Below, piece by piece: positions 38,301 through 49,285 of a DNA stretch of 64,000 bases; the stretch's first letter is position 1, and each line of letters starts with the position of its first letter. Source of the DNA: Macrostomum lignano (taxonomy: Eukaryota). The translations under genes were made by a program, and so were the position numbers. The notes under the pieces are model-generated. The model did no database searches. It was not told the DNA's origin and saw nothing but the letters and a program-made list of their open reading frames with translations. The DNA is taken from the NCBI GenBank assembly GCA_002269645.1, contig NIVC01000278.1:186001-250000 (forward strand), in the 5' to 3' direction.

Positions 38301-41300
38301 CTTTTCTGATCGCTGATTAATCAGTCACACCCACCCCCATATTCCCCTCTCTGATCGCTGATTGGCCAGTGGCACCCACCCCCAGATTCCCCTCTCTGAT
38401 CGCTGATTGGACAGTCGCACCCACCCCTAAATACCTCTCTGATCGCTGATTGGCTAGTCACAGCCACCCCTAAATTCCTCTTTCTGATCGCTAATTAGCC
38501 AGTGACAGCCACCCCTAAATTTCTCTCATGAACCCGCAGTCTCGCATCAAGCTGGACAGAGTTCCGGGCCGCCTCGGTCTGCTGAACCTCGGCAACACCT
38601 GCTACGCTGGCGCGGCCATCCAGCTACTGTCGGCCTGTGCTCGACTCTACGTCGATCTGCCTGAAGCGCTGGCTCAGGTTGCGGAGTCGTCTGCGACCGC
38701 TACCGGAGCCCCTGGTAGTTCTGGTAGCTCTGATAGTAGAGCCCGTGGGCCTACTGTAAGTGGGCCTTTTTTAATGAAGGTTTTTATAAAGCTTACTGTC
38801 ACACCCTACGATCATATCTTACTGTCACACCCTACGATCACATCTTACTGTCACACCCTACAGTCACATCTTACTGTCTCACCCTTCGGTCACATCTTAC
38901 TGTCACACCCTACGGTCACATCTTACTGTCACACCCTACGGTCACATCTTACTGTCACACCCTACAGTTACATACTATTGTCACACACGTCAAATCATAC
39001 TGTCACAACGGGTCACATCTTACTGTCACTCCCTACAGTCACGTTTTACTACCAAATCTTTCTGTCAAATCTTACGGTCACATCCTACTGGTTACTGTTA
39101 CACCCTACGATCACATCTGACTGTCACACTCTATTGTCACTTTCCAAATTATTTCATTATAGTCACGACTCACGTGATTACTTAGAGTTAATTCCACCTA
39201 ATCATTGAAAATTTTCTCAATCCACATTCTCCCCTCAGGTCAGCGAGCACCTGGTCAATCTGCTCCGTCGCATGTCTCCATCTCTTGACTCCGTGGCCCC
39301 CGCCTTGAATCCTCACGCCTTCCTGCTCCGCTCCCGACCGGTGTACATGAGCCACGGCAGTCAGCAGGACTCCGCCGAATATCTTCTACACGTGATTGAC
39401 AGCCTGATAGAAGAGGAGAAATCGATTGGACCACAGCTGGACGAATCCAAGCGGTTTGTTGCCCGTTGTTTCAGCGGCCGTCTGGGCGTGCATTTGCGAT
39501 GTAAAGCTGCCGGTCACTCGGTGCGAACCACAGCCCCATTTGTCACTCTGCATTTGGCGTTGCGCAAGCATTTGGAGAACAGCGTGTCCCAGATGCTGGC
39601 TGACTATCTGCAGCCCGAGATGCTTGATGGAGACGACAAGCTGCTGTGCGCTGAGTGCAATGATAAGGTGACTGTTTTACTGTGCTGATTTCCCATCCTT
39701 AGAGGGGATGGAATTTCTTATCCTCATCAGAGGTTGGATTCCTCATCCTCCTCATCAGAGGTTGGATTCCCCATCCTCATCAGAGGTTGGATTCCCCATC
39801 CTCATCAGGGGTTGGATTCCCCATCCTCATCAGAGGCTGGATTCCCCATCCTCCTCATCAGAGGTTGGATTCCCCATCCTCATCAGGGGTTGGATTCCCC
39901 ATCCTCATCAGAGGCTGGATTCCCCATCCTCCTCATCAGAGGTTGGATTCCCCATCCTCATCAGACGTTGGATTTCCCATCCTCAGAGATTAGATTCCCA
40001 TCCTCATCAGGGTTTGGATTCCCCATCCTCCTTATCAGAGGTTGGATTCCCCATCCTCATCAGACGTTGGATTTCCCATCCTCATCAGACGTTGGATTTC
40101 CCATCCTCAGAGATTAGATTCCCATCCTCATCAGGGGTTGGATTCCCCATCCTCATCATAGGCTGGATTCCCAATCCTCATCAGAGATTGGATTCCCCAT
40201 CCTCATCAGAGGCTGGACTCCCCATTCTCCTCATCAAAGGTTGGATTCCCCATCCTCCTCATCAGAGGTTGGATTCCCCATCCTCATCAAAGGTTGGATT
40301 CCATCTCCTCATCAGAGGTTGGATTCCCCATCCTCCTCATCAGAGGTTGGATTCCCCATCCTCATCAAAGGTTGGATTCCATCTCCTCATCAGAGGTTGG
40401 ATTCCCCATCCTCATCAGAGGCTGGACTCCCCATCCTCCTCATCAAAGGTTGGATTCCCCATCCTCAGAGATTAGATTCCCATCCTCATCAGAGGTTGGA
40501 TTCCCCATCATCATTAAGTTGGATTCTCCATCATCAGAAGTTGGATTCCCCATCATCAGAAGTTGGATTCCCCATCCTCATCAGAGGTTGGATTCCCCAT
40601 CCTCAGAGGTTGGATTCCCCATCACCTGAAGCTTAGATTCCCCATCACCTGAAGCTTGGATTCCCCATCACCTGAAGCTTGGATTTTATCACCTGAAGCT
40701 TGGATTCCCCATCCTCAGAGGTTGGATTCCCCATCACCTGAAACTTGGATTTTATCACCTGAAGCTTGGATTCCCCATCCTCAGAGGTTGGATTCCCCAT
40801 CCTCAGAGGTTGGATTCCCCATCACCTGAAGCTTGGTTTTTTTCACCTGAAGCTTCGATTTCCCATCCTCAGAGGTTGGATTCCCCATCACCTGAAGCTT
40901 GGATTTTATCACCTGAAGCTTGGATTCCCCATCCTCAGAGGTCGGATTCCCCATCACCTGAAGCTTGGATTTTATCACCTGAAGCTTGGATTTCCCATCC
41001 TCAGAGGTTGGATTCCCCATCACCTGAAGCTTGGATTCCCCATCACCTGAAGCTTGGGTTCCCCATAACCTGAAGCTTGGATTCCCCATCACCTGAAGCT
41101 TGGATTCCCCATCACCTGAAGCTTGGATTCCCCATCACCTGAAGCTTGGATTCCCCATCACCTGAAGCTTGGATTTTATCACCTGAAGCTTGGATTCCCC
41201 ATCCTCAGAGGTTGGATTCCCCATCACCTGAAGCTTGGATTCCCCATCCTCAGAGGTTGGATTCCCCATCACCTGAAGCTTGGATTCCCCATCACCTGAA

Positions 41301-41851
41301 GCTTGGATTCCCCATCCTCAGAGGTTGGATTCCCCATCACCTGAAGCTTGGATTCCCTATCACCTAAAGCTTGGATTTTATCACCTGAAGCAATAAATCC
41401 AACACCGCAGGTTGAAGCTGAGAAGCAGCTGAGTCTGCAGAGCCTGCCCAACTGTCTCCTGCTGGTGCTGCAGCTGTTCCACTTCGACTTCGCTGCTCGT
41501 GTGGCCTCCAAGGACACCCAGTCCACTGTCAGGCTGGAGCCCAGGATCCATGTACCATTGGAGCAGCCGACTGCGGATGAGGCTACGCCATCACCAAGCA
41601 TCCAGCAGGTGCCGTATCGCCTGGAGGCGTTCGTGGTGCATCACGGAATGTCCCTGCACAGCGGTCACTACACTGCCGTTTGTCGGCATAGCAACCGAGA
41701 AAGTGCTGCTACTGCTACTACTACTGCTCAAGACTGCTGGATCCACGCTAATGATGATTGTGTGACAAAGACCAGTCTTGGTGAATGGGGCTGCAGTGGT
41801 GGTGGTCACTACAAGACTCCTTACATACTGCTCTATGTAAGAGATGACTAA
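32355..41851 (+). CDS. Ubiquitin-specific protease, USP35/USP38-like, 8 exons (32355-32704, 33358-33954, 36042-36341, 36588-36708, 37879-38211, 38540-38755, 39239-39667, 41411-41851), ~928 aa
   Basis: Cys box GLLNLGNTCY, QQDSAEYL, zinc-finger C residues, His box VVHHGMSLHSGHY, HANDD and TPYILLY. Long helical N-terminal region. All seven GT-AG joins keep the frame. Subfamily is inferred from architecture. Confidence 0.88.
32742..33320. repeat. ~22-bp degenerate minisatellite (ctctagatcctcagtaatctcc) with 47-bp higher-order units at its start; USP intron 1
   Basis: Direct reading. Confidence 0.9.
34031..36036. repeat. 33-bp minisatellite (cattgattgattgacaggtgatagagatggtaatcc-type), ~60 copies; USP intron 2
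   Basis: Direct reading; 11-aa periodicity in the antisense pseudo-ORF. Confidence 0.97.
36358..36490 (-). mobile_element. Internally deleted tRNA-derived SINE copy in USP intron 3
   Basis: Reverse complement contains cctagtggt..ggtcggggttcgattc..aacaatttgtgtccttgagcaagac..cagcattaactggggtaattgagg. Confidence 0.8.
36756..37848. repeat. 32-bp minisatellite (tgctggtcattgtcagtaaattgatcattcac); USP intron 4
   Basis: Direct reading. Confidence 0.97.
38310..38520. repeat. ~41-bp tandem repeat (ctgatcgctgatt..cagt..cacccacccc), 5 copies; USP intron 5
   Basis: Direct reading. Confidence 0.85.
38791..39135. repeat. ~26-bp degenerate tandem repeat (ttactgtcacaccctacggtcacatc); USP intron 6
   Basis: Direct reading. 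Confidence 0.85.
39689..41390. repeat. Composite minisatellite (ggttggattccccatcctcatcaga grading into ttggattccccatcacctgaagc); USP intron 7
   Basis: Direct reading; unit type switches near 40620. Confidence 0.95.
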
Positions 41852-42127
41852 CTGACTCACTGACTGACTCACTGACTCACTGACTGACTCACTGACTGAC
41901 TGACTGACTGACTGACTGACTGACTGACTGACTGACTGACTGACTGACTGACTGACTGACTGACTGACTGACGGACTGACTGACTCACTGACTGACTCAC
42001 TGACTGACTTACTGACTGACTCACTGACTGACTCACTGACTGACTGACTCACTGACTGACTCACTGACTGACTCACTGACTGACTCACTGACTCACTGAC
42101 TGACTCACTCACTCACTGACTGACTGC
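41852..42127. repeat. (TGAC/TCAC)n microsatellite starting at the USP stop codon
   Basis: Direct reading. Confidence 0.95.
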
Positions 42128-42482
42128 ATCGCTCACTAACTAAAATGCCTAACCCAATGATATCCAGTTAATTGGACTTGCGTTACAAAAATTGCTTCCC
42201 ATAATTTGTTGTAGAAGATTCTTGATAACTGTTAGTGACTTTCTATTATTGATTCAGTGCTCCTGACTTTCAGAGTTCTTTTTTGCGCACTGTATACTAC
42301 TTGAATAAATAAGTACACGAGAGTGCAGGTTTTGTTATAAACTTTTTTGTGTGCCAACTTAAGACTTCGATTTTTTTATGTGCAAAATTTTATTGCTTAG
42401 GTGTTTGGGCCGTGCTAGTGGCACTATTAATTTAACTACTATTAGTAGTACCTTAAGACTTATTGCTAAATAGTCTTCTTAA

Positions 42483-42524
42483 TACTCACTACATCTACAA
42501 CAACAACTACTACTACCACTTCTT

Positions 42525-42591
<67 letters not shown>

Positions 42592-42681
42592 TACTACTAC
42601 TACTTCTACTACTACTACTACTTCTACTACTACTACTACTTCTACTACTACTACTTCTACTACTACTACTACTTCTACTAC

Positions 42682-42713
<32 letters not shown>
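42483..42713. repeat. (TAC)n trinucleotide repeat with TTC interruptions
   Basis: Direct reading; the poly-Tyr and poly-Val ORFs are artefacts. Confidence 0.95.
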
Positions 42714-42794
42714 GTTGATTTACCATCAGGTAACTAATTTGTAGCCGTACCAGTAACTAAAAAAAAATCTATTCAAGTTTCAATGCATTATTGC

Positions 42795-45700
42795 ATGGAT
42801 CCGCAGCAGACGCAAGAGGACTCGCCAGAAGAAGGCGTTTCTGCTTCTGCAGCAGCAGCAGCAGCAACAACAGCAGAAGCAGAAGCAGCCGAGACCAGCG
42901 TTGGGAAACCAACTGAGCTGCCAACAGCTGCAGAATCAGTTGATGAAGCTGCTTCTGCTGCCCAGACTCCGACAGAAACTGCAACAAATGCAAACAAAGA
43001 AGAAGACCGGCAAACTGAAAGCGAACCGCGAGCGGAAGAAGTACAGCAGCAGCAGCTACAACTAGAAGAAGAAATAGAAGAAGACAGTTCAAAAGAGCCG
43101 CAACCATCTCCTTCGCCGCCTTCTCCGCCGCCTCCGCCGCCTCCTCCAGCAGCTCAAGAGCGGCCATCTGAGGTCAGCCCCGGTGGCGGCAGCTTCCAAC
43201 ATCGCCTCACAGATCCTTGGTCTCCACTGCCAGATGAAGCCAGCAGCGCTCCAGCAGCCTCAGCTGCCCGACTCTCCCGTCGGGAGCGTTACGAAGACAG
43301 CGAAGCAGCTGCTGCCGCCGAAGTCGACGAAGAGATGTCCGGTTATAGTGGCCGGAGATCTCCGAGTCCGGCCGAACGGGCCATCCGCTTGGAGGCGGCC
43401 AAAAACAGCATCTACGCGATGCTCGGCCGGCCCGCCTCGGCCTCACCGTCGCCACCCCCGCCGCCAGCTGCCGCAGCTGCGGATCTGCCAGAATTCGACT
43501 ACGAATCATTGCGACGCGACTTGGACGAGATTCAAAGCCGACTGGCCGAGCGGCGCTTTCTCAATGGCGGCGGCGGCAGCGGAGGCAGCGGCAGCTCGCC
43601 AGTCAGGCTGAAATGGGACTACGGGGCGGATATTGGAGCGGATGGAGATGGCGGAAATGGAGGCGGAGGCGGTGGGAGCGCCGTAGCTGACGAGTCAACT
43701 CGGCAGCGTTACTACGAGACGCATCATCAATCTGAGCCTCCAGCTGCCCAGCCTCCTCAACATCAACAGCAGCAGCAGCATCATTCGCAGCCTCAGCTTC
43801 ATCATAGAGGCTATTACCGAGGCGACGAGGCGACATTTCTGAGCAGCCCGGATCCCGAAGATCCTGAAAATGCTCGCTATTATCGGCCCCAGGCCCGGCG
43901 GCAGTACCAGCTTCATCAGTCTGGTGGCGCTACTCAGGGCACCGCCCAGTATCAGCGTCTGCTAGATGAGGCGGAGGCTGCAGATCGCGGCTTGCGTCAG
44001 CGACTAAATGGCAGTGGCAGAGTTCAGCGCTCAGCCACCGCTCCTGAGGGATTCTACTATTATGATGAGAACAATGATGAAGCTGGAGACCGCCGGCAGG
44101 AGGAGGCTGAGCCTGCAGTACCTGAAGATGATGATGATGAAGAAGAAGAGACCCGAGAGTCGACTCACCCAGGCTCAAATGATGCCGTGCCGCCCAGGTT
44201 TCCTCGCGAAGCTTTCGGCTCGTCTCGGGTTGGCCGCAATGGGGGAGGAGGCGGCGGCGGAGCTACGGAGGATGACGTCACTTCCTTGGACGACACTCCG
44301 CGGGCGGCGGCTACTGCTGGCGGCTCGTCTGCTGATGCCCAGCTGCAGCAGGTGAGTCAGATGTGGGAGCTCAGTTGCAAGAATCGCTATAGAGTCATTG
44401 CGAACAGCTGCTCACTGGTGACTCTGGGGGGGGGACTCTTGTGACTTTTTTAACGACTCAAAAGCCTAGTGGTCAGAGCGTCGGACTCACGACTTGAAGG
44501 TCGGGGGTTCGATTCTTGACTCACTCGGAACAATTTGTGTCCTTGAGCAAGAGACTCAAACTCTGCATTGCTTCAGTTCACCCAGCTGTAAAATGGGTGC
44601 CAGCATTAGCTGGGGTAATTGAGGCTGTGTGTGGCGACCCCCTCTCCAAGTCCTTCGTACTCAGCCTTCAGATGCGCCGCGCAATAGCTGCGGCTGAGCT
44701 GTCGGTTGCACATCTGGCCATTAGGGCAGGTGTAATAAATTATTATTATTAATTGATAACGACTCAAACAACTGTAATGAGCCTGTTTGAGTCGCGAGTG
44801 CTTCTAAAGTCATTATAGAAGCGTCAAACTGACCCAGGCGACTCTTTAGCGACTTGTACCGCGACATCTCGTCGTTCCTAGAGTCGTCTAGAGTCATTGA
44901 GACGCCTCTTGGCCTGGTTGCCACCATAGAAAGTCAGGACCGCTGTACATCCTGTGTGAGCTGACTGCAGTAACTTCCTCACTCTCCATCTCAAACATCT
45001 CGCGCCCGCAGGCCTGGGAGAAATTCCAGCGAGCCAGACGACCCCGCGGCCTTCGCCAGCTGCTGGCGGACCCGCTGCCAGCCGTTCTCGGCCGGGTCGA
45101 CCCGACCTCGCTGACTTCCAACTCCTCATCGGCCGATCGTCGCCAGCCTCGCCGAGACGACTTGAACAAGGACGACGAGATCGAAATTGACGATGTGGAT
45201 GTCGATGATGCCGATTTCGACGCGCCGACATCGGACGTGAGCGACCTGGACGCGCAGACGCTCCGTTTGCAGGCGCTGCTGCTTCGCCAGAAGGAGAAGC
45301 TGATGGAGGCGCGCGCGGCGGAGCGGAGGCGCCGGGAGCGGATTCGAATTCTACAGCGCCTGCTGTGTGAGCGCGGCTCCGGTTCCGGCTCCGGTTCGGG
45401 TGTCGGCGACGGCAGCGTCGTTCGACGTCGCGTCGGTGCAGCTCCGAAGCCGATTCTCGCCGGCGGCGGTCAGCAGCAGCAGCAGCCGCGCAAAACCGTC
45501 ACGATAACAACCCGAGGCCGGCATGACTTCAACTCCAATGCTGACCCGACAACAATCAGCGCCTCGGCGGCAGCGGAGGACAGCGAAGATCTGGAAGACG
45601 ACGACGACGAGTCCTGCGGCACGGTGACTCCGCTGCCGACAGATCGGACCGATGCTACTCAGACTCTGGACGAGCCCACTCTGCCGCACAGCATGAGCAG

Positions 45701-46457
45701 CGTAGGCCGGCGAAGGCAGCAACAGCCTCAGCCGCCGCCGCCGCCGCACCATGAGCGGCCGGACGAGATCGATCAGATTTTTCTCCGAGCCAATCGGTCG
45801 GCCAAAATCGCTCCCCGAGGCCTGGCCTGGTTCCTGCCTGTTGAGCGGCAGAAAGCGACATCACAATCGACTCCGACTCCGCCTGAGCCTCAAGAATCCC
45901 GACGGAGGATTATTGAACTGGAAGATGAGGAGCGTCCAGATGAGCAGCAGGAGGAGCAGTCAACCAGCCAACCGACCAAACAACTGCAGGACGCCTTCAA
46001 CCAGCGAATGTCGGATTTTGTTAGTCGAAGCCGGGCCAGACAGCGGCGAGTCCGGCTGGCTGCCGAGGAGCGACAGGTGGTGGCGGACCTGGAACGCGAT
46101 CGGCTCCAGCTGTTCGCCTCTCCAAGGCTGGCCGCTGCCCCGGCCGCTGAACAGCAGCGACCGACTTCGGCGAAGCTGCCCCCGACCAAGACCTGGGCAT
46201 ATCGGCTCAAGGTGCGGTCGCCAACCAGGAATTCTGCCGCTCCTGCTGGGCAGCAGCAGCGGAAACAGCAGAAGCGCAAGCCTGTGCTGATTGTCAATGG
46301 CGGCGGCGTGAAACGCTGGCCAGAGACAGTTGCGCGCGAGGAGGCCGAACGTCGGGCAGCTCGACTGAGGAATAACAGGCTGAGACAGCAGGTGTACGGC
46401 GAGAGGCTGCTCAGGAATGTGCTCAAACGGAATGGCGGCTGGAGGGCTATTGACTGA
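42795..46457 (+). CDS. ALMS1: ALMS-motif centrosomal/basal-body protein, ALMS1-like, 2 coding exons (42795-44351, 45012-46457), ~1000 aa
   Basis: C-terminal LQDAFNQRMSDFVSRSRARQRR...WPETVAREEAERRAARLRNNRLRQQVYGERLL fits the ALMS motif, and the upstream GLAWFLPV recalls the SWFVPV motif of ALMS1. Join cag|gtgagt..ccgcag|gcc is phase 0. CEP295 and FATS share the motif, so orthology is tentative. Confidence 0.7.
44463..44750 (+). mobile_element. tRNA-derived SINE with CORE-like central domain and (tta)n tail
   Basis: A box agcctagtgg, B box ggttcgattc, core tgtgtccttgagcaaga..ctcagttcacccagctgtaaaatggg; related copies at 36358, 55398 and 60341. Confidence 0.88.
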
Positions 46458-46477
46458 TTAATTTTGTTTTTGTGTGC

Positions 46478-46995
46478 TCAGGCTCAGGCACGCCAGTGTG
46501 CTCAGGCACTCGCCAGTGTGCTCAGGCACTCCCCCAGTGTGCTCAGATACTACCCAGTGTGCTCAGGCACTCCCCAGTGTGCTCAGGCACTCCCCCAGTG
46601 TGCTCAGATACTACCCAGTGTGCTCAGGCACTCCCCAGTGTGCTCAGGCACTCCCCCAGTGTGCTCAGATACTACCCAGTGTGCTCCGGCACTCCCCAGT
46701 GTGCTCAGGCACTCGCCAGTGTGCTCAGGCACTCCCCCAGTGTGCTGAGGCACTTTCCAGTGTGCTCCGGCACTCCCCAGTGTGCTCAGGCACTCCCCAG
46801 TGTGCTCAGACACTGCCTAGTGTGCTCAGGCACTCCCCAGTGTGCTCAGGCACTCTCCAGTGTGCTCAGACACTCTCCAGTGTGCTCAGGCACTTTTCAG
46901 GCTGCTCAGGCACTCCCTAGTGTGCTCAGGCACTCCCCAGTGTGCTTAGGCACTCCCTAATGTACTCAGACACCAGTATGCTCACTGCTCACTCT
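46478..46995. repeat. ~20-bp minisatellite (ccagtgtgctcaggcactcc) just 3' of the ALMS1-like stop
   Basis: Direct reading. Confidence 0.95.
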
Positions 46996-48069
46996 CCCTA
47001 GTGTGCTCCGACACGTCTATTGCGTTCTCCTAGCTGTCTTAGTTATTTATTTGTCTACCTTAATCTGTCACTCATTTTCGGAAATCTTCCCTAATTTGCA
47101 CAACGAAGTTAATTTAAAATATTAACCATACATTGCTTACGTGTTTAATTGTTTGCTAGATTATAGAATACTCGTAGACCGTAATGAATATTTTCTACAA
47201 CATGTGATCTAGGTTTTCGCGGGTACTGTAACTAAATGCTGTGCATACATTTTACGAGTATATAGTACTTGTAACCGTGTCTGTTTCATGTTTATCCGAA
47301 TTCATTTTTAGAGCTGGATTCCCAATTAATAGATATCAATTCACTTTGCCACAATGTTTAAGCCATGTACTCAAACAAAACATGGTTTGTCTTTTTTAAT
47401 TTCAGATTTTATGTAGTTCTTCGCTGTCATTGGCTGCTTGTTGCACTACTCACAAATGCTGCGATCAGTAGTACAGTAAGTGTTCTCCCCAATTATGGTT
47501 ATTATTAGTTAAAATTACTACAATTTCAGTGCTTCATGACCTGAATTCATTCCATTAACTTGCGTTTTTAATATCTCTGTTTATTGTCCTTAGGTTCGTG
47601 TAATTGCGAAAATCCGTCCATATCAGAGTACAAACTGTTATATATGCTGCCTGTTGGTTTAGTGCTATATGTTTTGCATCATATTTTCAAAATTATATTT
47701 GGCTGTGGAAAAAACTCATTCTTAAGTTCATTGTTTTGACTTGTGCTTGCTTTAAAATATGAAATCTGTATTTTGTTACTGAGCTGTGCTCTCACAGGCC
47801 GCATGTGTGTTCGGGTACAATGTACCTTGTAGCTGGTAACCACTATTCATTATCTTTTATTTATCTGATTTATTGTTATCGAGTTAACAAAGTTTTTTTA
47901 AAACAAAAGGGACATTCGCTTTTCTATTTTATTTTTTAGCCAAATATACGCTTGTACTGCCCATTTGTTGACAAGTTGGGTAATTTCCTGAACTAGAATT
48001 GAATTGTCTGGTGCTGTTATTACAGTTTTGCATTTTTACTGGTATATTCTTTAGACAATACGTGTTGAA

Positions 48070-48391
48070 ATGGGTTTTATTGTCAGGCCTGATTTAAAGT
48101 GGCTGGCTGGACTGTTGGGGTTTGGGGTTTTATTGCCGTGCCTGATTTGAAGTGGCTGGCTGGGCTGTGGGGGTTGGGGTTTTATTGCCGTGCCTGATTT
48201 GAAGTGGCTGGCTGGGGTTTGGGGTTTTATTGCCGTGCCTGATTTGAAGTGGCTGGCTGGCCTGTGGGGGTTGGGGTTTTATTGCCGTGCCTGATTTGAA
48301 GTGGCTGGCTGGGCTGTTGGGGTTTGGGGTTTTATTGCCGTGCCTGATTTGAAGTGGCTGGCTGGGCTGTTGGGGTTTGGGGTTTTATTGC
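48070..48391. repeat. ~50-bp G-rich tandem repeat, ~6 copies
   Basis: ggggttttattgccgtgcctgatttgaagtggctggctgggctgttggggttt repeated. Confidence 0.9.
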
Positions 48392-49285
48392 GACAGGATT
48401 ATACTACTTTAGAACACCTGGAAAGCAGCTTGCAATTAATTATAATTGATTAAACTAATCTAATAAATTAGGAGACTGCATTAAAATATTATTCTGGTGT
48501 TGATGATGGTGTAGATCAGTTCGCATTCTGAGAGTCCGTTTTGAGCGAAGCTGCCATTTGCTCCAAGATGCTTCATTTTGTAAATTATAAGTATGCAGCT
48601 GTCAATGTGTCGGTTTCGCAGCTGGCATTTTCCATCGCCCCCCCCCTCAAAAAAATACAAACAAATTCCAGCTCTCCAGCAGCACTGCAGAAGCAATATT
48701 TCCTCTCCTCGCGTGCTTCCTCCCAAAAAATCGGCCTTAAATTTCCATATCTACTTGGGGACTGCTACTTCACCCCAGAAGAGACTCTTATTTCGTTTCC
48801 TCGCACAAGATGAGGCGAAACGCCAGATAAAAAAGGCTGAATGCTACACGCGACCGGTTCTGTTCTTCCGCAACAAAATGGCGGCCCCAATATTTCTAAC
48901 CCAAGCGAAAAAGGCAATGCAAGTTTGTTGCCTGCCATCCCCCCTCCCCAACCTATATTGCAAAGTCTTAAACATAACCTTTTGTCGAAGGGACTGCCTA
49001 CTTCAATAGCATCGGATATGAAGCGGTGGCATTGGTGACTGCGCGCTTCTGAATTGCGCTCACACACTTACGGCACCTGGGCCTATTCGTAATTGCACTT
49101 TCTGCGGCCCGCCCGCAAATCTCAGGATATCCGTCACACCTGCAGAGGCACCTGTGCCACCTTTCAGCCAGGAAGTCAGGCTCATAAAATTTTTCAATAT
49201 TTCGTGCTGAAGTTAGAGTTCAATAATAAAATAGGAGCCCGTAGAGGTTTATGACGGTCTCGCACTCTCATCGCCGACAGTTGCT

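Noticed and set aside
48070-48391. Interstitial telomere repeat
   Set aside because: The G/T runs are part of a ~50-bp unit, not (TTAGGG)n.
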